Of a stretch of 64,000 bases of DNA, positions 21,758 to 31,624 are shown in pieces (position 1 is the stretch's first letter; each line of letters begins with the position of its first letter). The translations under genes were made by a program, and so were the position numbers. The DNA comes from Nitrospirales bacterium (GTDB lineage: Bacteria > Nitrospirota > Nitrospiria > Nitrospirales > UBA8639): the NCBI GenBank assembly GCA_963422365.1, contig OY729426.1, positions 384,001-448,000 on the forward strand, given 5' to 3'. The notes under the pieces are model-generated. The model saw nothing but the letters and a program-made list of their open reading frames with translations, made no database searches and had not been told where the DNA came from.

Positions 21758-22860
21758 CGCATTGCGCCAACTCTCCGGCAGACGTGGGCACTCAGCGCGG
21801 CCAAGACCTTCTTGGCGGCCTGCTTTGCATACAGTGGTGGAACCGCGTTGCCAATGAGGTTGCACACGGCGTCCATCTGGTCCGTGATGAAGCCATAATG
21901 CTCTGGAAACGTTTGAAGCAACGCCGCTTCACGGACGGAAATCGTGAGCCGCCGCTTGTCCGGGTGCCCAAACCGGCCTTTACTCGACGTCGTGCACCCG
22001 CCCGTAATCGTGGGGGCGACGTGATCCCACGCCATCCGGCCGTACACGTTCGTGAATCCCTGGTATCCGTTCCGATGACAGTGAGGGCGAAGGGACTCAT
22101 TGATCTTCAACCACGGTTGTCCTGGTTCCGCCGCTTGGAGGCGTTGCTTGATTTGTGGACTCAGATCTCGAGTTACGTGCCAGTTATACGACTGTGGGCT
22201 GCTCTCGCGAAGTGATTGTTTGAGCGTGATTGGTGCCTTCATGTGTCCGATGGCGTCCCTTACCGTATTCCATGGGTGTTGGTCAGCACCGCTTTTCGGT
22301 AATCGTGCATGAGTTGGTTCAGGAAGGGAAATGCTGAATCCGCGTCCGGCCAAAAGAACCAAACGCCGTCGGGACTGCGGCACGCCGAAGTTGGCCATTT
22401 GTTCGACGCGCCACTCGGAGTGGTATCCAAGACGAGAGAGGACATTGAGAAACGCATCGAAAATCGGCTTTCCACGATTCATGAGTCCAGGAACGTTTTC
22501 CATCATCACCGCCTTGGGGCGGATCCCTTCGATGAGGTGAGCCATCACGAGAAGCAGTTCGTTGCGCGGGTCGTCCCTTTTGTACTTCGCCGTCAGAGAA
22601 CAAAATCCCTGGCAGGGCGCGCAACCGGCCAAGAGAGAGATTCGCTTACTTTCAGCCGTCCGCAGGAGTTCGGTCGCGGATACGTCACGGATATCCTTTT
22701 CGAGCAACCGGGTTCGTCGATTGTTCCATCTATACGTCCGCGCCGAGACGGGATCGATTTCCACCGCCGCCGAGACGCGGAATCCCGCGTCTCGGAGTCC
22801 CTTGGTCAAACCACCACACCCGGCGAACAGGTCTATGGCAATGGGTTTCTTTTCGTTCAT
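21754..22860 (-). CDS. dcm: DNA (cytosine-5) methyltransferase
   Basis: Motif [49 protein letters not shown]. Confidence 0.95.
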   Translation of the reverse strand: MNEKKPIAIDLFAGCGGLTKGLRDAGFRVSAAVEIDPVSARTYRWNNRRTRLLEKDIRDVSATELLRTAESKRISLLAGCAPCQGFCSLTAKYKRDDPRNELLLVMAHLIEGIRPKAVMMENVPGLMNRGKPIFDAFLNVLSRLGYHSEWRVEQMANFGVPQSRRRLVLLAGRGFSISLPEPTHARLPKSGADQHPWNTVRDAIGHMKAPITLKQSLRESSPQSYNWHVTRDLSPQIKQRLQAAEPGQPWLKINESLRPHCHRNGYQGFTNVYGRMAWDHVAPTITGGCTTSSKGRFGHPDKRRLTISVREAALLQTFPEHYGFITDQMDAVCNLIGNAVPPLYAKQAAKKVLAALSAHVCRRVGAMR

Positions 22861-22887
22861 TTCCTTAAGCATCTTCTTTTCAGCCCT

Positions 22888-24861
22888 TCAGTCTGACGCA
22901 CCCTTTCCGTTTTCTTGTGATAGTTGAACTATTCTCGGATCATCATGCGGAGCGCGCTTCGTAACGGCATCAAGAAATTCTTTGTGCATCGATTCGGTGG
23001 TTGCCAGAAGGTTTCTCCACGTTCGAACGTCGAATATTGCAGCGTCCTGCCCGACCTTTGCGTACCCTTCGTCGCCCGGCCGAATTCGGTCTGCGATTAG
23101 CAGACCCTTTACGGTAGATCTTCGGTGTTCGCTGTCCGTTGCTTCTTCCTGGAGTTTGCGACGGAGGAACAGAACATAATCTCGAATCTGATCACATTCC
23201 TTCTGACCCACAAGATCACCCGGACGCTTCGTCTCTATTACGTGAGCCGTCTGATAGCGATCTCCAAGACAGAAAAAGTCGAGACGTCGGGCACCTTCCT
23301 TACTTTTTGGTCCGGAAATCTCGAACTTCTCACAAATCATTCGATCTAACGACTGTTCATGCACCAAAACCGTCCATTTGGGATCAATTAACCATGGATG
23401 ATCCCGGAGGTATTTCTGCATATCTGGTTTTTCCGGGACTTTATCCTTGATCATTTGCGCGAACTTTTGGATGATCTCCACGCGTCCCTTGACGAGGTGT
23501 GCTGTATTTACGGCTTCAATGATATCCCACTCAGAAAGGACTTGATTGAAATGCGCAACGTCGTCCGAAGACGCAGTGTTTAATCTTCTTATCGCGTCGA
23601 GAAAACTTCGATTTGTCAGCGCGTTATAGACAAACTCAATGAGTTCATCTGTAATGTCTTTGCCATCCTTGTGCTTGTCGAGTTGAGGAATAGCGCAAAT
23701 GCGGTCAACGACCTGTTTGAAAATTCTACGTTCGTTTTCGGGCAACCTCTCCGCCTGTTTTATGTACAAGGTTACTTTGGGGCTCTTGGTCTTCGCTTCG
23801 CGCCTCTTGTCGGTCCACTTTTCCAGCAATTCTTTTATCTTCTTGCGCCCCCATTCTTTCAAATGTGCTGCGGTAGGGTCTTCCCATCGAACGGTTCCTC
23901 TGTCAGTGGCAATGAGGTCGATGTTTTCATCCAGGAAATCCGCTTGAATTTCACCCGTGAGATACTGCATCCCGTGCTGACCCCACACGCCACCGCTCAG
24001 ATCGAAAAACCAAGGCGTTTGAGCCAATTTGCCGCGCACGTAGACGACGAAGCCGCGTTGCTCTTCATCTGGAATCGTATTCTTGCAAAAGCCCGCCCAC
24101 CACTGAATCTGGTGACCATTTCCAAGATCAGCCGTCTCCCATTCGCTGATATTTTCTGGAAACCGAAACTGAAAAGGAATCTCTTGCCTTGATATAGACG
24201 TTCCGTTGACGTGGACCGTAAAGTTTTCATCAAGCACCAGTAATCTTCTGGCGATACTGCTTTTGAATGGCTGTTCGTCGATAACGCGACTGATTTTCAA
24301 CTGTGACAGCGTTACGGTTGTAGCAGGGTTCTCTTGCGTGCTCCTGCCGTCCTCGGGCAACAATTCAGGTGAGTATCCCTGCGCGTCAGTGAAGTCGGCG
24401 CTCTTAGTTAATTCGTCAAAATTCAATGCAAAGTGGGAAATTTCGTTGTCCTTGATCGTTCGTATGCTAATCAGGTTAGCGATGCCAAAGCCAGCAAGCT
24501 TGCCGATGCCTTTTCGTCCTTGTACCTTTCGATGACTCTGGCCCTTATAGGTCTTGGTCCATCCACTTTGACTTGAACGACGATCCCTGCCAACCGACAG
24601 ATAAAACGAATTGCATTCATCAAAACTCATTCCGCAGCCATCGTCCCTGACCACTATTTTATCGTCCTGCGCAATCGAGCGTCCCGTAGGAATCTCGATC
24701 CATACGTTCCTCGCCATCGCGTCGTAGGCGTTTGAGATAAGTTCGGAAATGGCGGGAACGGCTCCGGAATACATCTGCAACCCGAGATGCTTAAACAATT
24801 GTCCGGCAACGGTCATTTTGTACTGGCGTTCTTCAGGCGTCGTTGTTTGTTGACTTGTCAT
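22888..24861 (-). CDS. GHKL/MORC-type ATPase fused to a C-terminal PD-(D/E)xK nuclease
   Basis: ELISNAYDA, DDGCGM, GRKGIGK, TTVTL; C-terminal HPWL..RLDF..VIETKRP..DQIRDY. Confidence 0.85.
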   Translation of the reverse strand: MTSQQTTTPEERQYKMTVAGQLFKHLGLQMYSGAVPAISELISNAYDAMARNVWIEIPTGRSIAQDDKIVVRDDGCGMSFDECNSFYLSVGRDRRSSQSGWTKTYKGQSHRKVQGRKGIGKLAGFGIANLISIRTIKDNEISHFALNFDELTKSADFTDAQGYSPELLPEDGRSTQENPATTVTLSQLKISRVIDEQPFKSSIARRLLVLDENFTVHVNGTSISRQEIPFQFRFPENISEWETADLGNGHQIQWWAGFCKNTIPDEEQRGFVVYVRGKLAQTPWFFDLSGGVWGQHGMQYLTGEIQADFLDENIDLIATDRGTVRWEDPTAAHLKEWGRKKIKELLEKWTDKRREAKTKSPKVTLYIKQAERLPENERRIFKQVVDRICAIPQLDKHKDGKDITDELIEFVYNALTNRSFLDAIRRLNTASSDDVAHFNQVLSEWDIIEAVNTAHLVKGRVEIIQKFAQMIKDKVPEKPDMQKYLRDHPWLIDPKWTVLVHEQSLDRMICEKFEISGPKSKEGARRLDFFCLGDRYQTAHVIETKRPGDLVGQKECDQIRDYVLFLRRKLQEEATDSEHRRSTVKGLLIADRIRPGDEGYAKVGQDAAIFDVRTWRNLLATTESMHKEFLDAVTKRAPHDDPRIVQLSQENGKGASD

Positions 24862-25139
24862 TGGTGGATGACCTCCATAGAAGTGCCGGATTCTCGAAGT
24901 TTTCCGAAGATAATTTTTGGTGGGAGTTTGTTACACAAGGTGTAGGATTCGTGGATCACGAACAGCATACGATCAAACGACGCGTGGCTCAATCCTTTGA
25001 ACACCTCGGCTCATTTCGTCGGGCATTAACATCGCCTCAATTTCGAAATCTGTTGAAGACCCGGGTCCTCCGTGAGACACATTGCTTCAGTTTGCTCAAT
25101 TTCGATGATTCCCTGCTCTCACGAACCAACGACTGGCAC

Positions 25140-26429
25140 CTATTGACGAATCGAATCGTCCCCCTCGACCGTCGGCGCATCCAACGCCCGCAGTTCCAAT
25201 CCTTCAATTTCCTGCAATGTTTTCCCCGCAATGCCTTGCAGGTCACCGTACATGCCGACCGTGGCCTGCATGACGCGGTCGATTTGCTCGTCGCGCTTGG
25301 CCCATTGCTTCATGATGGCTTTTTTCTCTTTGTCAAGATCCTCTTTCATGGAGGAAAAGGCCTCCACAATGGCCTCGACGCGTTGGCGGAAACGTGAGCC
25401 AGTTAAATATTCGTACACCATCTCCATCTTGGTCTGCTGGCCCTCAGAAGCCTGACGGGCAGTTGCGATCTCGATCAGCGTATAGCGAAGCATCACGGCG
25501 ATGGGCAGGGCCGCTCTCGGATGTGTCACCCAGACGCCGTCGATGAAGTCGAACGTCTCCACGCTGTTTGGAAGCGCCTGGCTGACGATCACGGCCACTT
25601 CCGCCTTGGCTGCGCGCTGGTCATCGCGGAGCTTGGTCAGCCAGCCGTCGCTCCAGTTCTTGGTGCGTTTGGACTCCCACAAGATCGTACCACACGCCTG
25701 GCCCGGCGGACCCATGACAACATGCAACACATCCCCACCGTGCTCCCCTTTCCGGACGGGTTGGATCATATCAAGTGGGAACTTCCCCCCTAACAGCGCT
25801 TCGAGCTCAAGTTCCTGCACCTCACCTTGAAGTTGCTGTGAGCCTTGTTCCGCCTTGCGCTTGAGATCCTCGATTTGTTTCTGCATCGAGGCGATGGTCT
25901 GCTCCTTCTCCTTCACTTTGAGGTTGAGCGATTCTTCTGCCTCTTTCTTTGCCTGATCCCGCGTAGCGGCTAGGTCCGCCTGCACTCGTTTCTCAACGGT
26001 GAGGTCTAATTCACGCTTGGCATCGTCAAGCTCACGCTGTTTGCGAAGCAGGTCGGCTTGGGTTTGTTGCGCCTCGGCCAGTTTCTCGTCACGCCGTTTC
26101 AAAATATCCTGAAGGTCCGTGATTTCCTTTGCTTGTTGAGCAAGGTCAGTTTCCAGGACCAGTCTGGCTTTCTTCGCTTCTTCAATAGCGATTGTGGCAC
26201 GCGCTTTTTGCAACTTTTCCGCCACCTGGTCGTCTATCGTCTCTTGTGCCTTGGAGAGCGCTTCTTCGCGCTTGTGCAGTGCGCGTTCCCATGTGGCGAT
26301 ATCAGCGTCCTTCCGGGCCAGACGTTCTTCAAACTCACGCCGGGTGGACTCGATGAGCGGAGCCGCGAGCGATTCGGTGAGTTTGATCTCAGCCTGACAT
26401 GTTGGACACGTAATAGTTGGCTCTGTCAT
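25140..26429 (-). CDS. DUF2130 family coiled-coil protein
   Basis: ITCPTC..EIKLTESLA, long coiled coil, GSQQLQGEVQE, ILWESKRTKNWSDGW. Confidence 0.85.
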   Translation of the reverse strand: MTEPTITCPTCQAEIKLTESLAAPLIESTRREFEERLARKDADIATWERALHKREEALSKAQETIDDQVAEKLQKARATIAIEEAKKARLVLETDLAQQAKEITDLQDILKRRDEKLAEAQQTQADLLRKQRELDDAKRELDLTVEKRVQADLAATRDQAKKEAEESLNLKVKEKEQTIASMQKQIEDLKRKAEQGSQQLQGEVQELELEALLGGKFPLDMIQPVRKGEHGGDVLHVVMGPPGQACGTILWESKRTKNWSDGWLTKLRDDQRAAKAEVAVIVSQALPNSVETFDFIDGVWVTHPRAALPIAVMLRYTLIEIATARQASEGQQTKMEMVYEYLTGSRFRQRVEAIVEAFSSMKEDLDKEKKAIMKQWAKRDEQIDRVMQATVGMYGDLQGIAGKTLQEIEGLELRALDAPTVEGDDSIRQ

Positions 26430-26481
26430 AGGAACTCCAAGCAATTTCTTATTGACACGACTTTGATCTTATCTTGATCTG

Positions 26482-27699
26482 TCATGAGGTCTTGTTGACA
26501 CACCGAAACCCTGCATGCGCATAAGCATACTCTTGACGAAACCAATTTCGGAATGATCGACGCAACAAGCATGAAGCCGTCGTGGGAGATCCCCCTTTGA
26601 CAATGAAATGATCCTCGTCGAAGAATCGCGAGGAGTATCCGGGATAGGTGGGATAGGGCTCGAAGCCTTCAAAGGGATGGAACCGAGTCGAGGTCCATTC
26701 CCAGCCATTCCCGACTAATTGGGACACCCCGAAGGCACTGTCACCTTGCGGATTTGCCGTGACCGGGATCGGATCCCAAAACCGAAAATGGAAATTCCCG
26801 TGAACCCCATTGGCGATCTGGTTTCCCCAAGGATAGGCGCGTTCTTCACCGCTTGGCGTGCCGTACGCCGCCCGATGAAATTGCGCTTCAGTCGGCAGCG
26901 AGAGGTCGGCCCATTGCGCATAGGCCCGCGCTTCTCTCAGGGACACATAGACGGGCCAATGCAGAGGAAGCGGAATTTCTTCGAACATCGTCAACAAGAA
27001 CCAGCCATCTCCCCGTTTGACCCAAAACGGGGGGATGGGACCGCCCTCTTCAACAAACGTTACATATTGTTGATTGGTGATTTTATATTTGCTGATCGCA
27101 AAGGCCGGCACGTCTTCTTGCTGTTCGCCAAATTCATTATCCCACCCAAACCCGCCACGACGGCCAAGCGTCACCACGCCTTGGGGAACGTCGAGCATGA
27201 CGTGCCTAGGGGGCGAACCTTCAAGCCGTGGTGACAAAGGCAGCGAATTTTTCCCTTTGCGAGAAGTCTGATGCAGAAGGTAGGCTGTGGTTTCGGCGTG
27301 CATCCAACGATGCTCGATCGCCATGCGAAGGACGGTGTCGGGAGCTTGTTCCAGTACGTGATCAACGGACTCCCTCGCTCTGACGTTATAGCGCAGGATT
27401 TCTTCGAGCGAAGGCCATTCTGAGGGAGTATCCTCTTGTTCTGAGCCTACCGCTGGATCAATGCCTGCCTCGAACAGCGAATCAAATGTGTCGTGAAAAG
27501 AGGACTGCCCCAATGTCCAGCGACAAATTTGATTCCAATCAAAGGCTTCTACATGACCAACGTAAAAAATCACCCGATGGCGCTCCGGAATGGGTCGTTC
27601 ATAGAGCATCTTGGGTTTAAACAGGGTAAAGATACGGTCGGTGCAGGCACGCGCGGCGGATAATTCCTTTCGTATTTCGACGAAACGCGGCATAATCAT
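26482..27699 (-). CDS. EgtB/OvoA-like non-heme iron sulfoxide synthase (DinB + FGE domains)
   Basis: RHRVIFYVGH and EHRWMHAET iron-ligand motifs; FGE domain FGWDNE, LPTEAQ, GNGWEW, RRSFRNW, AGFRC. Confidence 0.88.
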   Translation of the reverse strand: MIMPRFVEIRKELSAARACTDRIFTLFKPKMLYERPIPERHRVIFYVGHVEAFDWNQICRWTLGQSSFHDTFDSLFEAGIDPAVGSEQEDTPSEWPSLEEILRYNVRARESVDHVLEQAPDTVLRMAIEHRWMHAETTAYLLHQTSRKGKNSLPLSPRLEGSPPRHVMLDVPQGVVTLGRRGGFGWDNEFGEQQEDVPAFAISKYKITNQQYVTFVEEGGPIPPFWVKRGDGWFLLTMFEEIPLPLHWPVYVSLREARAYAQWADLSLPTEAQFHRAAYGTPSGEERAYPWGNQIANGVHGNFHFRFWDPIPVTANPQGDSAFGVSQLVGNGWEWTSTRFHPFEGFEPYPTYPGYSSRFFDEDHFIVKGGSPTTASCLLRRSFRNWFRQEYAYAHAGFRCVNKTS

Positions 27700-27908
27700 T
27701 TCTTCAACCAAACACCTGACTTCTTATAATGAAACGGCATGCAACACGTCATCCCGTCATTCTAGGTTGCCGTCGATCACCTGGAATCGACGGGTCTTTT
27801 GTAATATATCCATAGTCGAGCTTGTCAAGAAAAAAAGCTGGATTGTTGAAAACCTGTCCTGCTTGACCTGATCGGATTCGAAGGGAGCAGAACAACGGAG
27901 AGCGCCTT

Positions 27909-28045
27909 CCCTTCGCGGCTCCCTTCGCTCTCGCTCAGAGCAGGCGCTTGGCTCAGGATGACAAAGATTCCGCTAGGCGGATGAGATCCGCCGCTACCCC
28001 CTGCACAAGACCCCAGTGTATCATCCTGAGCAACGCAGTCGAGGG
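27909..28045. repeat. inverted REP-like pair with central hairpin
   Basis: GCTCAGGATGA (27951-61) / TCATCCTGAGC (28021-31) perfect inverse; CCCTTCG twice in the left arm; GGCGGAT-GAG-ATCCGCC (27976-92). Confidence 0.6.
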
Positions 28046-28099
28046 TAGAAGGCGGGGGCAGCCCACTATCGAGAAATTTTTGAAGTATTCAACGGCCCT

Positions 28100-28855
28100 A
28101 TGATGAACCCACCTGTCCTCAGTGTCCACGAGGTGAACAAGGAGTTCGGCTCTGACGTTCGAGTCCTTGAGCACGTCGATCTCGACGTGCTTCAAGGTGA
28201 AACCCTGGTCCTGATCGGGGAAAGTGGATCAGGTAAAACGACCCTGCTCCGCATGTTTAATGGATTGACTTATCCGAGTTCGGGAGAAGTCCGCATTCAT
28301 GGAGAATCGATACGAGCCAAAGACCCCATAGCGCTCCGTCGCCACATTGGGTATGTGCAGCAGGATGCCGGATTGCTGCCGCATTGGACCGTCGAAGACA
28401 ACATAGGCCTTGTGCCGTTATTGCTCGGATGGGAGCCGAAACGAAGAACAAGCCGAGTGCACGTTCTCCTGGATCTCATTCATCTTGACCCGCATCAGTT
28501 TCGAACGCGTTATCCCATTGAACTGTCCGGTGGACAACGACAACGTGTAGCCTTTGCCAGAGCCCTCGCGGCCGATCCCGAGATCGTCTTGCTCGATGAA
28601 CCCTTTGGCGCCCTCGACGCGATTACTCGTCACGAACTCCAACATCAATTCCTCGGCCTGAAGCACCACCTCAAAAAAACCATGGTCATGGTCACCCATG
28701 ACATTGATGAGGCGTTGCATCTCGGTGATCGCATCGCGGTGTTGAAGGAGGGGCACCTCTTGCAGATCGGCACCCCGACAGAACTTCTCAACACCCCGGG
28801 CCACGACTACATTGTGCAATTGCTTCACCATCGATCCCCTGGAGATCATACGTGA
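28100..28855 (+). CDS. osmoprotectant/betaine-type ABC transporter ATPase (OpuA/EgtV-like)
   Basis: GESGSGKT, LRRHIGYVQQ, LSGGQRQR, LLDEPFGALD. Confidence 0.92.
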   Translation: MMNPPVLSVHEVNKEFGSDVRVLEHVDLDVLQGETLVLIGESGSGKTTLLRMFNGLTYPSSGEVRIHGESIRAKDPIALRRHIGYVQQDAGLLPHWTVEDNIGLVPLLLGWEPKRRTSRVHVLLDLIHLDPHQFRTRYPIELSGGQRQRVAFARALAADPEIVLLDEPFGALDAITRHELQHQFLGLKHHLKKTMVMVTHDIDEALHLGDRIAVLKEGHLLQIGTPTELLNTPGHDYIVQLLHHRSPGDHT

Positions 28856-30423
28856 CCAGGTCTATCCGATCGATTCGTTTTCTGAGCATGCTGGGGCTGG
28901 TCTTCTCCATGCTGATTCCCTTGACCACACCGGCCTTTTCCCGGGAAGGCCGCATTGTCGTTGGCTCAAAAAATTTCATGGAGAACAAACTTCTGGCCGA
29001 AATATTCGCTCAACTCATTGAAGCCCGCACGAATTTAGCCGTAGAACGGCGATTGGGGTTGGCAGGTACGCAGGTCTGTTTTGAAGCCCTTCACACTGGA
29101 GCCATAGACCTCTACCCCGAATACACGGGCACCGGGCTCGTCAGCATTCTTCAGCATACGCCGACTGGAGATTCCCGAACGGCACTCAATACCGTTCGTT
29201 CAGAATTCTTAAAACGTTGGGATTTGTGGTGGCTGAATCCATTGGGGTTTGACAATTCCTATGCGCTCGCGGTTCCTCGCGCTCGAACGGCCGACGTTCC
29301 TCTGCAAACCATTTCAGATCTTGCCAGGATTTCGCCTTCCCTGACGGCAGGGTTCGGGTATGAATTTATCAACCGGCCTGATGGATTACCCGGTCTTGAA
29401 ACCCGGTATGGTCTCACCTTTCAACGTGTGCAGGCCATGCAACAATCTCTCAAATACCAGGCTGCCGCTGCCGGCGAGATTGACGTGCTTGACGTGTATA
29501 CCACCGATGGACGTCTTGCCGTGCACGACTTCGTGGTGCTCGAAGATGATCGACAATTTTTCCCGCCCTATGAAGCTTCCGGACTCATTCGAGGCGCCAC
29601 GCTTGAGCAGCACCCTGAATTGGGATCGATCCTGGGGTTGCTGGCCAACGCATTTGATGCCAAGACGATGCGGCAATTGAATTATCGTTTACAAGAAGAC
29701 GGAGAGCCGCTAGAGGTGGTGGCACGCGATGCCTTGTCGGCCCTCCACCTTTTTGTCACCGATGATGCCGGCCCCGGACCAATTCCTCATCAAGAAGGGC
29801 TCTTCGCCTATGTGTGGGCGAAGCGAACCACGCTGATGAATCGAACCCTCGAACATCTGACCCTGGCTGGTCTGGCTTTAGGGTTGGGGATCCTTGTGGC
29901 CGTCCCATTGGGATTGCTGCTCGAACGTCACCATGCGGTTGCCGAACCCATCATCCGAGGCATTGGACTCACGCAAACGGTCCCTTCTATCGCGTTACTC
30001 GCCTTTATGATCCCAGTGTTCGGGATCGGCAGGCTGCCGGCCGTGATCGCCTTATGGATGTATTCCCTGTTTCCGATTGTCAGAAATACCTATTCAGGCC
30101 TCCGCGATGCCGCACCTCAGGCCGTGGAAGCGGCTCGTGCGCTCGGCATGACGGAACGGCAAAGACTCTATTGGGTGCGACTGCCATTAGCTGCACCCGT
30201 CATCATGGCAGGCGTCCGAACGGCCGGCGTCATCACCGTCGGCACGACCACGCTTGCCGCGTTTATCGGAGCGGGGGGCTTAGGCGTGCCGATTGTCGCG
30301 GGGTTACAAATGGCCAACACCACCGTGATCCTTTCCGGGGCATTGCCTGCAGCGGCCCTGGCGTTAGTGATCGACGGGTTTCTCGGCAAGGTGGAAGCAT
30401 GGGTCAGACCGCGTGGTGTATAA
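28852..30423 (+). CDS. fused betaine-type substrate-binding protein + permease
   Basis: VGSKNF.E, YPEYTGT, DNSYAL, YTTDG, FFPPY, then permease QTVPSIAL, EAARALGM, IGAGGLG. Confidence 0.9.
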   Translation: MTRSIRSIRFLSMLGLVFSMLIPLTTPAFSREGRIVVGSKNFMENKLLAEIFAQLIEARTNLAVERRLGLAGTQVCFEALHTGAIDLYPEYTGTGLVSILQHTPTGDSRTALNTVRSEFLKRWDLWWLNPLGFDNSYALAVPRARTADVPLQTISDLARISPSLTAGFGYEFINRPDGLPGLETRYGLTFQRVQAMQQSLKYQAAAAGEIDVLDVYTTDGRLAVHDFVVLEDDRQFFPPYEASGLIRGATLEQHPELGSILGLLANAFDAKTMRQLNYRLQEDGEPLEVVARDALSALHLFVTDDAGPGPIPHQEGLFAYVWAKRTTLMNRTLEHLTLAGLALGLGILVAVPLGLLLERHHAVAEPIIRGIGLTQTVPSIALLAFMIPVFGIGRLPAVIALWMYSLFPIVRNTYSGLRDAAPQAVEAARALGMTERQRLYWVRLPLAAPVIMAGVRTAGVITVGTTTLAAFIGAGGLGVPIVAGLQMANTTVILSGALPAAALALVIDGFLGKVEAWVRPRGV

Positions 30424-30533
30424 CTCTGAGTCTTGCACAAATGGAGGCAACCCGTTAGAGTGCGGACTCTACGAATTCGCTCCTCCCAATTCCATCACCC
30501 ATCACATTATCATAGCCGCACAGATTCGATTGC

Positions 30534-31517
30534 ATGCTTGATCAATTCAATATTATTATCGACGTGCACCTGAGCAACCAAGATCCCCGTGCCGTCAAGG
30601 AAGAGATTCGCGTGGGACTGCTTTCGAATCCACCGACGATTCCTGCCAAATATTTTTATGATGAACGAGGATCTGAGCTTTTTGAACAAATCTGCGAATT
30701 GCCGGAATACTACCAGGCACGCACGGAACACGCATTGCTGAAAACCATGGCCGATGACGTTGTGACCCAAACAGGTGCTGAAGAATTAGTGGAATTAGGC
30801 TCTGGAGCCGCGACCAAAACTCGAGTCGTGTTGGACGCCATGGCTCGGGCGAAACAACTCCGCTTCTATGTCCCGTTCGACGTCAGCGAAGGCATTGTGC
30901 GACGAGTGGCCCAAGAGCTTGTTGAGGAATACAAAGAATTACAGGTTCATGGCGTCGTAGGAGATTTCCTGGCCCATTTAGAACACATTCCGCAGGGCGG
31001 CAGACGCCTGGTCATGCTTTTGGGCGGGACCATCGGCAACTTGGGACCTGAAGCCGCTCAGACATTTCTGTCGTCGGTCTTTTATGAAATGGATCAAGGA
31101 GATTTTTTTCTTCTGGGGGTGCAACTCATCACTGACGTGAACCGCTTGGAAGCGGCGTATAATGATTCCGCCGGGCTCACCGCCGCCTTCAACAAGAATA
31201 TATTGCACGCGTTACAGTCGGTGATTAGAGCCGAATTCGACCCTGACGCCTTTGACCACGTAGCCCGATTTAATCAATCCGAGCACCGGATTGAAATGCG
31301 CCTTCGATCGGTACGAGAGCAAGTGATTCCTATTCCCGAATTGGAATTAACCCTTTGCCTCAAAGAAGGGGAAGGAATCCTCACGGAAATCAGTACGAAA
31401 TATATGCGTCCCCACGTGGAAGCACTGTTAGTCCGTGCAGGATTCAGCCCCGTTGCCTGGTATACCGACCCTGACCACCTTCACGGTCTCGCCTTAGCCC
31501 AAAAGCCTTCCGGCTGA
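30534..31517 (+). CDS. egtD: L-histidine N-alpha-methyltransferase
   Basis: PAKYFYDERGSELFEQICELPEYY, ELGSG, GGTIGNL, AYNDSAG, TEISTKY. Confidence 0.95.
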   Translation: MLDQFNIIIDVHLSNQDPRAVKEEIRVGLLSNPPTIPAKYFYDERGSELFEQICELPEYYQARTEHALLKTMADDVVTQTGAEELVELGSGAATKTRVVLDAMARAKQLRFYVPFDVSEGIVRRVAQELVEEYKELQVHGVVGDFLAHLEHIPQGGRRLVMLLGGTIGNLGPEAAQTFLSSVFYEMDQGDFFLLGVQLITDVNRLEAAYNDSAGLTAAFNKNILHALQSVIRAEFDPDAFDHVARFNQSEHRIEMRLRSVREQVIPIPELELTLCLKEGEGILTEISTKYMRPHVEALLVRAGFSPVAWYTDPDHLHGLALAQKPSG

Positions 31518-31624
31518 GGTATTCCTGTGAATGTGTCCCTGTTCTCCTTTCCCCTTTTTGTCTTCTGCTTTGCTAGAGTCCCTGAAAGATCTTTTCCACC
31601 TCAATCCTTCATTATGGGCCGAGC

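Noticed and set aside
24843..25397. 184-aa plus-strand ORF between the GHKL gene and DUF2130
   Set aside because: Overlaps both flanking genes on the opposite strand and has no motif or RBS
14941..26487. GTCATGA at both island flanks as an att/target duplication
   Set aside because: Only 7 bp, and both copies lie inside coding sequence; expected by chance
26482..27699. Selenoneine (SenA) pathway
   Set aside because: No SenB glycosyltransferase or SelD/SenC in the window, and a C-S lyase-like gene is present
30417..30460. Integron attC-like TAAC..GTTAG
   Set aside because: Too short, weak internal complementarity, flanked by operonic core genes, no integrase
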